Source: Callorhinchus milii (taxonomy: Eukaryota). From it: DNA of 64,000 nucleotides. The notes beneath the pieces were generated by a model. It saw only the letters and a list, made by a program, of their open reading frames with translations, was not told the DNA's origin and did not search any database. The stretch lies in NCBI RefSeq assembly GCF_018977255.1, contig NW_024704751.1, forward strand, positions 18,662,001 through 18,726,000, read 5' to 3'. A program made the position numbers and the translations under genes. Of the stretch, positions 38,471-52,490 are shown in pieces (the stretch's first letter is position 1; each line of letters begins with the position of its first letter).

Positions 38471-41400
38471 TTTATTTTAATATACCTGGGATCCTGATTG
38501 GAGCAAGACCCCAAAGCAGCTGCAACACTCAGAATCGAACCTGTACCTAGACTGTATTCAATGGAACAGAGTTACATTGAATACAAGACACCAAAAATCT
38601 ATATTAAAACGATTGCTTCTATGAGATGCAAGAGTACAGACCTTGGATCCTCTTCCACCTCCCCTCCCTCTCACCCCCACAGCTTTTGCAACTCGCCAGA
38701 ACTGCAGTGTATATCAGCAGCTGGTTTATGGAGATGTTCTGATTCGAAACCACCATTCTAAACCCTTAGGATTTACTTCTATACTGTTTATTTTATTTAA
38801 GCAAGAGTTGGACAAGACTCACAAATCTTCCCGAATTGTGGCTCATTGCAAGCGACTGATTGCTACATGGAGAATTTTTACATGCAGTGTTTCTGTGCAG
38901 CCAGCTCGTGTAATTACTGAGCAGTGGGAACTTTCTTCAGCAGAGACTTGGTTAGGGATTCGGGATTATATGGTTTGGAGCACTGTGGGTCTGTGCACAA
39001 ATTCTGGCAGCTAGTGAGGTGTTGCCCTCTTAATAAGAATCTATCCTCAGGCTATTCACACTCATTACAACAGTCCCAAGGAGTTTGCTAATTGAGGTTA
39101 AATAAATGCAAAGTATTCTGAGTCGCCAAGAAGAATATTAAGGCCGAAATTCCGCCTAGTCTCAGCCGGAGGCTATTCTGTCTGAAAATGTAAGACCTTG
39201 CCAAATAGTAGAAAGTGTAGTTTTAGTAAGGAAATCAGTGCGGAAAAATGACAAATTAGGACTGACTTGAACAATTTTCCATGATTCTGTGCAATCTGAA
39301 ATGTTATAACAAATGTTGTCTTACAGACTTAGAGGGCTAACAGGTGGAATTGTGGACCTTTATATATTACAACAACAATAATCTCTGCATTTGATATAGC
39401 GCCTTATCTTGTCGTAGAGACGACTCAAAGTGCTTCACAGATTATACTGTAAAGTGAATTGACTATACTTTGGCCTGAGTCTCAATCCGTCTCAGAAACC
39501 GTGGGTTGAAAATGCACTACGTGCTGTTTTAATGATGTTACCCCATATATTTTAACTGAGCCCAATGATTGACTTCAGACCTTTAATTCACTGCCAGTTC
39601 TGTTACGATGAGACAATGTATTTTGTTAAATTTAGTCCACTCCTGAGCCACACAGCAACTGCAGTGCGGAGGAGGAGTAGCAGGAAGGAAGTCGATGGGG
39701 AAATGTCATTCTCTTGCCAATCTCGCAGGTTGGGAAGTCCCTGGGGGGCCCGGATTCACTTCAGACCTGTTTTATCTTCATGATCCAGAATCCAGAAATT
39801 CAGAGCTCGTCACTTTATCTCACAGGCATTTCCCGGCCATTCGCTGATTACTTGCACAACGGTGGCTTCTCTTTCAGGGTTAAATCCGTGCAAAGGCGCA
39901 ATCAGAAAAAACAGACACTTTTCAAGTTATTTTACAAAACTGTGGGTTTATAACTGTGTTTTGGCTCCAGAAATAACTCGAAAAGTGGCTGTTTAGGGAA
40001 TAAGAAGAGATTGCAAGGCACAATTGCAGGACAGATTCCAGGAAGTTTTTCTCCAATGAGTAGAACACTTTGCCAGGAAGGGTGATTGAGGCCAGGACAC
40101 TGGACTCATTTAAATACAATTTATTGCTGTGATGGAAAGACTGGAGATCAGATGAACTTCAGCAAAACCAGTGTTGTGCTTTTTTGTGAGCCATGCAGCT
40201 GATTTCAGGATCTCAGGGGCGTGAGGCATTGGGGTGGTCACAGCTCCCATTCTGTACATTAGAGCTCACCATGAGCTCCCTGCAGATTAGTCCACTTAAT
40301 AGCAGATCACACCCGAGAGTGAAAACCATGTAAAATCACCACATAATCACCACCCCGTCCCCCACGATAATGTCACAGAGTTTCACTGATCGGACTCCAA
40401 TATACCTCATTCTCTGCACACATCTAGCAACCATGTGAGACCGGCTGATTCTCAGACCCACCTGACACTTGTCTTCAGTTCCTCAAACAGTGTTTGTTCT
40501 ACGTGAGTGAGAGAAAACTCCTCTGGCCCCTTCTACGGCAGAGCAGAACCCAATCTGTTGGGCTGCGTAAAGGATATGATCACAGGCTGACTCTCTGTCA
40601 AAGGAAGTTTGCAGTCGAAATATTATTTCAAAATGTGTAGTACTATTATTACATGCAGTTTACATGACACCAAGCCTCCTCTGGCTTGTGGTGAACTCAC
40701 TGGATTAGAGAAATGCTGAGATTCACGTTTGAACTTTGAAGTAGGATCCAAATTCCTTGAAACATCCTTGAAATAGATACATCTGGATGCAGCAACTGTG
40801 CAAATTAAATCTTGGGTTTGATGGTCTGTGAACTATCAGAGTTTGTGTGTGTGCTATAAATAAATGTTTGCCTACTTATTCATTCTGGCTGCATCTGGTT
40901 TCTTAGTTGCAGTAAATTAATGAAGCACACTTTGAAAAATGCCCACAGTCATCATGTTGATCCCAGACTGCTGTGGGTGGCTCAGATGCTAGCTTCAACC
41001 TTTAATTCCCTTCATACAAAAGAGCAATCTTTTTCCTCGCCTCTCTACAATTAGATTACGGTTAGATGGCCCCTGTGTTAACAAAACTACTATAAGATGT
41101 TGCAAATTATCAAGACGTCGATCATGTCTTTGTTCAATTAAAGCTCCACTTTGCCTCACGTGAGGAATTCCTGCGATGACTGCTGGCAAGACAGACTCCG
41201 CTATCACACACTGGGGATGGCAAGATGGGCAGCGACCTTTAGTTGGAAGATCTGAGGATATCTTGAGTTTGTACACACCTCATCTCCCTCATGCTGAAGA
41301 AGGCCCAAGTCTATTGCCCCTAACTACATGTTTAACGGTGTTAGTCACACTCCCCCAATGGTCACACTTCCGTTGCCAGCTAAGCTCCACCTCCACCTTT

Positions 41401-42995
41401 CTATGCTGCCACCCCAAATTCCACTACTTTGTACAGCGAAGAGACAGGCTCCCTCTTCCCACTGGTCAGTTAGGACTGGTAGATGTTGTACTGACAGGGT
41501 CTGCCGTTTCATACAAAACAATGACACTACAAGATTACATTTGTAAAGCGCCTTTCACGTCGGGAGGACATCCTGTGCTACATAAAAGTGTCACCACTAA
41601 TATGTTATGTGGAGGTGCTCACTGCTAATAACAGGGCACCATTTGAAGAGAAAAAGGAATTTCAATCGGTGTCCTGGTTGCCAATCTCCCCAAAAACTGA
41701 GTCCTTTTGTAGGCTTTGTAGGACATTGCTGTGTGCAATTGGGCTACCGTATTCACCCAGAAATACACAGTCACTCCAGTTTGTAGTAAATCCTGTGAAG
41801 CGCTTTGCGACTTCCTCCTGATGTAAAAGGCGTTCTATGAAAGTTAAGGATTTAAAAATTCTGGATTGCATTTCCCCATAATGCCACTTCCAGTAGCAGC
41901 TGCTGGCCCAGATAGACGTTGAGAGATTATTTCAATAGACTGGCACTTGACTGAGATGATTTATAGCGAATTCATTTTCCATCCGTCAACTTCACCAAGT
42001 GGGTCACAAGGTTTAATTAAAGTTCAGTCCCTGGGTCGGATTGAATTGAAACAGAGCCTCCGCCACACCTGAATACCAAACTGCGGAATGTTACTGTGCG
42101 TCCGCCGCCTTGCTACAACCTCAGCTCAAGCTTTGAACCAGGGGCAACGGAGGAGAAAGAGAGTCTGTTGATCACTGGTGCTGGAGTCTAGCGCTCATGT
42201 GTTAACTCAAACCTTCCAAGTCTGTCAGTGTTAAGAAAATGGTTATGAAGCGGAGTGCATTCAGCCTGTTCTTGTGATAGGTACAGCACCCTCAGGGAAT
42301 TCATTGAATCCCCTTCGCTCACTCCTGGGAATCCTGGCAGGAGCAGGCTTCAGCTCGGAGCAGCTCTGTTGGCACTGAACCGAGTAGCTAGTGGCGACAT
42401 CCAGTTTGGATTAAAAACCTATCATTCAAACCATGTACCCGGGCAATCAGCTGTTTGACTCCCGAGCGCTGGCTTTTGTTTCAGTGAGATCCAGAGTCAG
42501 GAAATCGTCCTCTGTTTGCCCTTGAGTCGAGCTTGACTACGGAGGCAAATGGCTCATGTAGGAGCAACGCAGGAACTGTATCTCGGTGTTCAGCTCCTCT
42601 CTGAACTCACTGCTAGGATCTGAAATAACTGTCAATAACTCACAGGTTGTTAGGGTTTGCTCTGTTTTTACCACAAATCGTCATTGAGGCAGAAACTATG
42701 CTTCACCCACAAAATACACAGTCACCCCACTTGAGACGTCACAAAGAGCTTAATCCTTGAAGCGCTTTGAGATGTCTCAATGACACGATAAGGCACTATA
42801 TCAAATGCAAAGATTATTCTGATGATTATTATTAATTATTAATTACCAGATAAGCACATGAGCAGTGAAAGCATTAAGGAGAGCGAACTGGAAAATGGGA
42901 TAAGTAAAGACAGAACATCTAAATCCAGTCCCTTGTCTATCACCAGGGAAAATTTCAAACCATGCATTCTAAAGAACGTTTTTTGTCAGTAATGC

Positions 42996-43278
42996 CAGGA
43001 TTTACTGTGAAGTGTAGTGACTGTGTATCTGTAGTCAAACGTGGCAGCCAATTTGCACACAGCATTGTTCCACAAACAGCCATGAAATGAATGACCAATT
43101 TTATCTGTGAAATTGTTTACCAGGACACTCACAGGGAGAAACTCCCTTTCCTGTTCAAACAGTGCCATGGGATCTCTAAAGTCCACCTGAATAGGCAGAC
43201 AAGACCTTAGTTTAACATCACATCAAAACATCTCAATTCATTTCACAGGATTTACTGTGAGGTGTAGTGACTGTGACT
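42996..43278 (-). mobile_element. Deu-type SINE fragments abutting an N
   Basis: ggcagccaatttgcacacagc...gtgccatgggatct...tttaacatc, with a second tail piece at 43220-43278. Confidence 0.75.
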
Positions 43279-45531
43279 NGGGGGGGCTGTTGGCTCAACA
43301 CTCCCTTACGCAAACATTACAGCTGAGAATAAGAATAATAATAAATAATAATAATGAACTGCACTCACACATGTGTTATTTCTGTGAAGCCAGTTACTAT
43401 GACCTTTGCCTAAACGTGCTTCAAAAGGAGCCTTTTTTAATCTGATCTTCAATTCTTCCTTGAAGCCGAGGAGAGATCACAAGATGTCGGTTAAGATCGA
43501 AGTCTTCGTCAAAGCCACCAGTGACATCGGTATCGATTGAGCTCAGTGAAAAACATGCTGGCTTCTGACAAGCCCTTCAATCCACTCAAACATGTAAAAG
43601 CCATCTTCATACAATTGAGGTTCCTTATCAGGGGAAAGCACCTTGACCAGACGATTATGTGCAGGGAGATTTTAAATGTCTCTTTATTAGTCCCATGTTA
43701 AAGAAGCACAGTCCTAAAAGGCAGTCTTCTATCTGAACAAAGGAGCAAGAGAGAGAAAGGAAAATCTGTGTATGTTTTGTATAATGTTCGTCAACTTTGT
43801 ATATATTGTTAGTCACATTTCGCCCGCAAAGTGCATAGTCAATCCACTTTATAGTATATCTTGTGAAACGTTTTGAGACGTCTCAACGAGGTAATAAGGT
43901 GCTACATCAAATGCAAGGATTATTATTTATTATTACTTTCTGATGCCCTACACCTTGCCTCTGGTCACTCTGTTGAGGGTTCAAGCCCCATTGATGTGAG
44001 CTCACATTCTAGGCTGACCTCCTACAGTACTGGTGCTCCATTGTAGGAGATGTCAAGTGTTTGAGACGAGACATTAAACCAAACTCCCATCTTCCTTCCC
44101 ATTGTCAGGTGAATGTTAATATTGGAAAAATAGGACCCTCAGTAAACATAAGTTAAGAAACAAAACAAAAGCAAATAAAACTGCGGGAAATGTTCATCAT
44201 TAGTGATCTAGCTTTGTCATGGCATTTTTATTAATTAAAAATCATGAAGCATATTTAGTAAAAGTCACGGATTTAGGGGTAAATGTTGTGTAAAGTCACA
44301 GATATGAAAATTCAACTATACCTCTTTACATAAATCCTTCCTCACTAACACGGTTAAGGTTTGCAAATGCTATTTTAAAACTTTGGTCTGAACCAAAACT
44401 TTGTGAACTGAAGGGACATATTTTTAAATTTAGAACCAGGGAAACGATAGGCATCTGGTATGGTACAGTTTTTTTTAAATGTTCTTCTAGCAAAGGACAT
44501 TATACATAGAAAGATGTGATGCCTCGATGCAGCCCTTGCTCATCCTGAAGCACAAATTTTGTATGCAGAAAATTATTTTCCTGCGTCAACACTGTTTACT
44601 GGCACCGGACAGGAAGTAGTAGAGCAAATGTTGGGAATCTACTTTTCCAGGTTTCTCCAAAACTGGTAATCAGTCTCACATTGCATTTCTTAGATAGTTT
44701 CAACGAAAGCATGGCATTCACTCAGTTAATAAAAATAATAATAATCCTTGCATTTGATACAGTGCCTTATCACGTCTTCAAGACGTCTCAAAGCGCTTCA
44801 CAGAATAGACTGTAAAGTGAATTGACTGAATATTATGTGGGCAAAAATGTAGTCGAAGTGTATTCCTTGACCAGGATTAAGTGAAACAAAGCAGCATTAC
44901 ACCAGCTGTTCCAGTGTGTTAGAACTGGAGAAGGTATTATACATGGACTCTTTCCTTTATCCTCTAGGTGCATATGGAAGCGAACTTGATGGTGCAGGGC
45001 AGGCTGTGAATGCTCGTTTCACAATGACAGCCATGTTATTTACTTTTCTGCACTCTTTACACCACACGTCATGTCAGCAACCAGCTTAACAGGTGAGCAA
45101 CACATGTCACAGGCACATCATTCAGACACGACAGCTTCATGCTGTGCTCCAGGTCCTTTCTTCATACAACGTCGCATTGCCTGACACAAGAGCAGTGATG
45201 CGGTCAAAGGGATGGCTTGAATTTGGCTCTGGTTCTGACATTTTTCAGGTGACATTCTAAATGCTTCCTTTAGAAACCTTTACATTATCAAAGGTTTTTA
45301 GTGGCAGATCCCCTGTAAAAAAAAGTCTCTGCAAGCTTGAAAGCTCAGTCCCTCTATAAAGCATCTGTCTATTTGTTTTCACCTCATAAACCCGAACAAG
45401 CACAAACCCCCTGTATCCGTGACATTTTTACCACCATGACCAGCCTGCAGGCCTGTTCCTAATCATTCCCAAGAGCAGCTCAAATCATAACCATCAACTG
45501 AAATGGCACAAATAAAGTTATAATATTTGCT

Positions 45532-46420
45532 TAAGACCATAAGACTCAGGAGCAGGAGTAGGCCATTCGGCCCCTCGAGCCTGCCCCACCACTTGATAAG
45601 ATCATGGCTGATCTTCTAATCTAATTCCATTTACCCGACCTATCCCCATATCCCTTAATCCCTCTATCCTTTAGAAATCTATCAACCTCAGTCTTGAATA
45701 TGTTCAAGGACTGAGTATCCACAGCCTTCTGGGGTAGAGAATTCCACAAATTCACTACCCTCTGAGTGAAGAAATGTTTCCTCAACTCAATTCGAAAAGG
45801 CTGACCCTTAATCTTGAGACTATGACCCCTAGTTTTAGATTCTCCAACCGGGGGAAAAGGTCTCACGGCATCTATCCTGTCGAGAGCCTTAAGAATCTTA
45901 TGTTTCACCTTATGATCAACTCTACTTCTATATGCTAGAGAATATAGGCCTAGTTTACTCAACCTCTCCTCATAGGTCAACCCCCTCATCCCAGGAACCA
46001 ACCTGGTGAATCTACGCTGCACCCCCTCTAAAGCGAGTATGTCCTTTCTTAAATAAAGAAAACAAAACTGCACACAATATTCCAGATGCGGTCTCATCAA
46101 GGCCTTATATAACTGTAGAAAGACTTCCTTACTCTGGTATTCTAAACCCTTTTGCAATGATAGACAACATTCCTAATTGCTTGCTGTACCTGATTACTAA
46201 CTTTTTGTGACTGGTGAACAAGGACACCCAAATCTCTCTAAACACTAACACGACCTAGTCTCTCCCCCTCCAGAAAATAATTCGCTTTTCTATTTTTACT
46301 ACCTAGGTGAATAACTTCTCATTTCCCCACGTTATACTCCATCTGCCACCTTCTTGCCCACTCACCCAGCCTGTCTATATCCCTTTGCATTCTTCGTGTG
46401 TCATCCTCACAGCCTATCTT
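45532..46420 (-). mobile_element. CR1 LINE, 5'-truncated, ORF2 C-terminus
   Basis: ORF 45621..46157 (LYKALMRPHLEYCVQF...LEGVQRRFTRLVPG...FFTQRVVNLWNSLP), CR1 3'UTR and taagaccataag tail. Confidence 0.95.
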
Positions 46421-46882
46421 CGTATCGTAATTACATTTAATATTTAAATACATTTTTTGTGGACAGGGAATTTTTGGTAAAGGCGTGAGCTTCAGTTTCT
46501 ATAAGACTGGAATTTGACCCTCTTATCAATGAGTGAACACTTGAGAATGTGGCATAAACATGACCAATACAATTTACATTTGTGTAATGCCGTTCACATT
46601 GGGAGGACGTTTCAAACCGTTTGATGGTGTTAGATGGGTAACCCAAGTTGGGAATGGGAGCCAAAGCTAAAGACTGGCTGAGGTCAAAGAATTCAATGTT
46701 TTTTGACCTTGTTCTATGCCAATAATAGCAGGTCCATGCAGACAGATATCTTGTCAGACTTCGATACACACAATACTGAACATGATGAATGGAAACAACG
46801 GGAAAAGTCAGGTGCCTTCAGCTTTACGGAAGACGTGAAACAAATAACTTTAACATGGATCAGGGTAATATGGGCATCACAT

Positions 46883-47017
46883 CCACACTCACTCCCCGTG
46901 CCCCCGCACCCATACTCACCCCCCGTGCCCCCGCACCCACACTCACTCCCCGTGCCCCCGCACCTACACTCACTCCCCGTGCCCCCGCACCCACACTCAC
47001 CCCCTTGTCCCCGCAGC
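46883..47017. repeat. 27-bp minisatellite, 5 copies
   Basis: Unit ccacactcactccccgtgcccccgcac. Confidence 0.95.
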
Positions 47018-48439
47018 TTCGGGCCCACGCACCCCGACATCTGGATCTGACTGCATAAAATGCCCCCTCCCCACCAGGTTGACCACAAATTAGATTGGTT
47101 TAAAGTGCTGAGGCGAGACTAATGAGTGGATTCGAAGAGAACTTAGCACCTAACTATTATTATATCGCCCGGTATTATTCCAAAACCTTGCTGGTGTGTT
47201 TCAGTTGTTAACAAAAAGGAACATTTACTATTGCAATATCTTGGCATGTGAGAGGAGTAACAGTGCACGACACAGAGTCTTACATGGTTCACAAACCATT
47301 AATCCTGTTTAAGAGCTGCAGTCAGTCGATTGGGGGGATTGTGACTGAGCCAATTGTTCGGTCTGGTCTGAGTATCGAAGCCTGATTACCTTCGCATGCC
47401 ACGCATCTCCATGTGTCAGTCACCTCCCCTGTGCCAGAGTCTAAAAGAATCCTTTTAATCCAATATCGTCAAAATGTCACAAGGTTTGTGATGAGCTGAG
47501 TTTCCGTTCCCTGGTTATTTCCCTGCAATGAATGTGGCGTGTAAATCTTTGAGCTCAATGACACAATTCCACTGAGTGAGACGCTTCTACCGATTCATTC
47601 AGCACAAGACAGTTCCCTCAGTTATTACAAAGGACACAAAATATCATTGCACTGTCAGACTTAGCGTGCTGGTCAAGCGAGCCAAGCAGCCTCTCGTGCT
47701 CATTACCTAACACTACAGTTTGGCAGGATTGTGTGGCTTGTATTATGGCTTTCCGCCCACAAAATATACAGTCAATTCACTTTACAGTTTATTCTGTGAA
47801 GCGCTTGGAGGCGTCTCGAATACGTGACAAGGCGCTCCATCAAAATGCAAGGATTGTTATTATTGTTGTATTGTAACGGTTAAAAGTAACATCAGGATTC
47901 ATAACATCAGGTTTCCTTCACCGTGCCTTTGTGACCATTGTGCTTATCAATGAGCTAGATAATGGAAAGACAGAAGAGAAATGTTTGGAGCTGATGTAAG
48001 CTCTTTTCTGTATCTCAGTGACTGTAGCTGGGAGTCAGGCTCTGCTACTGTTAAACACTCTGAGGCGCTACCCTGAGTGGATGGCGCTACAGACGTGCAA
48101 GTTATTGTTGTTGTAACGTTTTCCCCCCCCACCCCTTCATTGTATCTCTGAACAGTTCACTGTACACCCATCCCTCCACTCACTGCCACATCAGCCGCTG
48201 TTTTCAATGGACTTAGTCTCGAATCCGTCAGTAGCAACCTTTTTTAATTGGATTTTCTGAAACTGCTAATCTCCTGACAACTACAACGACATGGTTAGAA
48301 TATCATGAATCTGTCTGTTCGGATTAAAAAGAAAATGAAAAATTTGGTTTCTTCTCGTGCCTTTGTCGATAATCTCCTATATTAATGTGCCATTTACATC
48401 ACAGCCCTTTGTGGGATTTTCATGGCCTTAAAACAATCT

Positions 48440-48685
48440 GGTATTAACAATGACCATTTCTATATATTCTTCCATTGGCAACGACACCCTTATATAAGCT
48501 CAATTACCTCAATATAAACTGATACCAGTAGTGACACCTCTATATAGCCTGATATTAACGGTAAAACCTCCGTATATATATTAACAGGGACACCTCTATG
48601 TAGTCCACGAATATCAGATTACATAGAGATGCTCACCGCTAATAATAGTGACACCTCTATTATAGCCTGATATTTAGCAGTGAAT
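48440..48685. repeat. Degenerate ~30-bp repeat array
   Basis: Recurring agtgacacctctatatagcctgatatt motif. Confidence 0.7.
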
Positions 48686-49344
48686 TGGTTCCAAGGTGAT
48701 GACAGTAAAATGTCGCGATTGAGTCAAACCTTCCCACGTATTTCCAGTTGTCAGGAGTAGTCCCATTTTGATATTATGCAATCCCTTTAAGAACACCACA
48801 TTAGAGTAGATCCAGTAATGCACTGATCCACCGGTCCATAATGTACTCACCATCTTACTAACAACCACTGGGAGCGTTTAGGCTTTTGTTACATTTCTTG
48901 CAATTGAATTCCTTTCTGCAGCTAACGGTTCACATAACTAAAAAGCAGCAAGCATTTGCCTGCCTTTGTCCTCAAACCCTTCCTATTGATCAGTCCCCTT
49001 GTCTCTGATATGGTAGCCATGTGTTTTGCTGATAGAAACCCCAGGAGTGTGCGTCTGCGTAATCTGCGTCCGCCGGGTCACAGGCTTGTCAGGAGATGAG
49101 GTGTGCTGTGTGAGAATGAATGTTCTTTGAGTGGCTCAATGTCATTGTGATATCAGAACAAAGGACAATTTTAACGTGTAACAATATTTTTCTTTCAAAT
49201 TTTGTTTCTAGTAACTGGGTAGTGTAGAAGTAGCTGATTAGCGGGTAAGTGTTAGCTGTGCAATAATACTTCAGACCCACTTCTATGGGACAAAATAGCC
49301 AGGGTTCTTCCCCTTATATCTAATGGTACCATATTATGTGGAGT

Positions 49345-49693
49345 TCCTTTAGCACAACGGTTAGTGGGCTCACCTCGCAAGCAAGTGATTCCCAGCCGGG
49401 GCGAAACGTTAGGCCAGTTTCCTTACACCGCGCCCCTCTGTTTACCGAGCAGTAGGTAGGAACCCGGTTGTTACTTGATTGGTGGATCACTTTTCTGGGG
49501 TAATAATACCACCCAAAGAAAATGTGGTCACCCAATCCACGACTGTTTGTGGCACACTGCTGTTCGCAAATGGTTCCCCCTTTCATCCACAAAATACACA
49601 GTCAACTCACTTCAATATATTCCGCGAAGCGTTTTGAGATGTCTGAAAGACGCGATAAGGCGCCACATCAAATGCAAGGGTTATTACTATTAT
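49345..49693 (+). mobile_element. tRNA SINE, older long subfamily
   Basis: cccctctgtttaccgagcagtaggtaggaacccggttg plus the shared tail. Confidence 0.8.
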
Positions 49694-51789
49694 TGCACTA
49701 AATTTTGCTGTAGAGTTGGAGGTTGGGTATTAGCAGAAATGGACTTGACTGTGACACTGTCACATAGACACTGACACTGACTGGCTGGGCTTTTAGTTAT
49801 TTGTCTGCTCTCTCAGTCATCGATCCACACTCTTGGCTATGGTTTTACTGTTTTCACCGAGAGCTGAGGTCATTATTTAAAACATGGGTTCACTCAATAT
49901 AAATCAGGTGATGGAGCCTTTGATTTCTCTTTGTGTTCCTGAGTGAGAAACATATCCAATGAAATACATTCTCTGCGCTGTGCAGTCAAATCACAATCAA
50001 TGCAACTCCAACTTGACAAGGAGCGCTCTTCTGGGATCAGGATGTCCAGAAACCGCAGATAAACACACTCAGTTTGCAAATCTGTGCTGCGCAGCACCCT
50101 CAATCATTTTTGTGGGCCAAAAAAGAAAGAGGAATGCTTCACCAGCGTGCCTAAGTCATGGAGCCAGGGCGAACGGTATTCCAGAGTCATTGAGAACTAT
50201 CACAGCCAACAGACGGCAAAGGACACCTCCAGTGCTGCAATGAATTCAAGGCTCAGGCATGAAATGATCAACTTTCCAGTTGGTATCTCAGGCAACATAT
50301 CTTCATACTTCACCACTGCTGTAGAATATCTTCACGTTTCGGTTGCTTCAGCATTTTGCTCAGATTGTTTGTAAAGGAAACCTGCCCGGTTTGCAATTTT
50401 CTAGCTCAGTTCATCTAAATCACTGACACCGCCACTCAATCTGAACTCAGACACAAGGGCTCCCTGACAAAAAAAAATCTGATACAAACAGTTGTATCAG
50501 ATTGATGGAACAGTGCTTCACAATATTCGTGCTCTGAGCAACCAAAGCTCCAGAAATCAGAGGAATATCGCATAACTGGATCGGGAATTCTGTACACTGG
50601 GGATAAAAGTGATGTGGTCATTGGAATTCAGCGCAGGTGTGGGAGATGGGAATGCTTGACTTTCCAACTGACTTGTGTGTCAAAGCTTTCAATTCAATGT
50701 TTGGATTTTAGTTGCATCTATAAGTCAGTTTGGGGTTCTGTCTCTCAGAGAGGCGTCTGTAACAACTTGTACAGAGATTGTACAATTGACCTGAATGAGA
50801 CAACCCAATGTACTGGAACTCTGTTCTGTCAGAACAGGGATTGAGTTTGAAAGTTTTATAATTGTCACACTGCCCTTAACAGCAAAACGTGGCAAAACAC
50901 TAACTCACAGGGCTTCCACTCTGGAAGTCGATTGTGTCAGAATAGATTCCATTGCGTGACATAAATTGGATGGCTTCCAATTTGCCCAATACAGATTTCT
51001 TTGCAAGGAACTCCACTAAAGCGTATCGCAGTAGAGTGATAAATATTTGGAAGATCCTCCTTAGAGCCTTCACATGTTCACATAATCCCTTCAAAAAATC
51101 CTATACTGTTTCTGGAACACCGTTGTGTGCAATCAGCTGCCCCATTTTGCCCACAAAATATACAGTCAATACACTTCACTTCACAGTGTATTCTGTGAAG
51201 TGCTTTGAGTCGTGATCAAATGCAAAGATTATTATTATTATTATATTTATATTTATGACACACAGGGTAACGATTCCATGTTGGTGTCTCAACTGTGCTG
51301 TGGAGGTGGGTGACTGATTTAGCAGCAGTGATGTCAGAAAATTCATCAACATATTAGTTACTAGTATTTAAAGGTTGAGTTTAATACATGCTGAACAGTT
51401 GGAATGTTAATTTTTCTCACGCCTAAAGGGAAATAATTAATCACCTGCACTAGGTCGAGCTATTTTTCACGAAGAGGACATTTGGAAATCTTTTGAAAAT
51501 ATAATTACATTCTAATATCATAGTCTTGGGGGAACCTCTGTTCTGGAGTGTCAATGCTTGTGGAAGACATTCATTTGTGGGGAATATTCAGAGAAGGGAT
51601 AACAGTGAGATTTGGAGAGATTTAATGGTCAAAAGAAACACAATGGAATTTATTTTTGAGAATTGTATGGTGATGCTCCCCAGAACTGGAATCGGTAATT
51701 ATGATTATTGCATAAATGGTCTGTCACTAAAGAAGGTGAGCCAGCGTCTCCAGGTGATATCTTACTGAACATTGAACCTTGTTGCATAG

Positions 51790-52105
51790 ATTTCCGGGCA
51801 GGACGAAACCTAAGTCATGCTTCCTTACTCCACAAGCCTCTATCTACCTAGCAGTAAGTGGGAACCCAGTAGTTTGTCGATTGTCGGATCACTTTCTGGG
51901 ATGATATTCCCTTCAAAAAAGCAATAATAATAATTTGGTCACTCAATCCACGACTGTTTGTGGGACGCTGCTGTGCGCAATTGGCTGCCGCGTTCGCCCA
52001 CAAATATACAGTCAATTCACTTTACAGTGTGTTCTGTGAAGCGCTTTGGGACGTCCTCCCGACGTGAAAAGCGCTATATCAAATGCAAGGATTATTATTA
52101 TTATT
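51790..52105 (+). mobile_element. SINE with long-subfamily 5' part and young-subfamily 3' half
   Basis: gcctctatctacctagcagtaagtgggaaccc, then a 3' half nearly identical to 20620-20770. Confidence 0.85.
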
Positions 52106-52138
52106 GTGTGAAGCGATTTGAGACGCCTCAAAGATGTG

Positions 52139-52182
<44 letters not shown>

Positions 52183-52490
52183 CCTTGCATTTGATATAGC
52201 GCTTTTCACGTCAGGAGGACGTCCCAAAGCGCTTCACAGAACACACTGTAAAGTGAATTGACTGTATATTTGTGGGCGAACGCGGCAGCCAATTGCGCAC
52301 AGCAATGTCCCACAAACAGTCGTAGATTGAAAATGACCAATTTATTATTGTTTTGGGTTTTGGAGGGATTATTATTAGGCTCTGTGTGGAGTAAGGAAAC
52401 TTGCCCAAGGTTTCGCCCTCTGCCTGGAATTGAACTCAGGTCTCTCACTTGCAAAGCGAGTGCTCTAACCACTGAGCTACAGGACTCCAC
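52139..52490 (-). mobile_element. Young full-length tRNA SINE with long (AAT)n tail
   Basis: Reverse complement of 20449-20780 with about 6 substitutions by eye. Confidence 0.93.

Noticed and set aside
45621-46157. 178-aa ORF as a host gene
   Set aside because: It is the C-terminal fragment of CR1 ORF2 in a truncated copy.
46703-47088. Pro/His-rich and Cys/Gly-rich ORFs (metallothionein- or keratin-associated-like)
   Set aside because: These are translations of the 27-bp minisatellite, with no splice or codon evidence.
47597-47617. REST/RE1-like TTCAGCACAAGACAG
   Set aside because: Half-site spacing is 2 nt short of the canonical RE1 and the match is weak.
46883-48685. CRISPR-like or other prokaryotic repeat arrays
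   Set aside because: The repeats are tandem without unique spacers, there are no cas genes, and the context is a spliced vertebrate locus.
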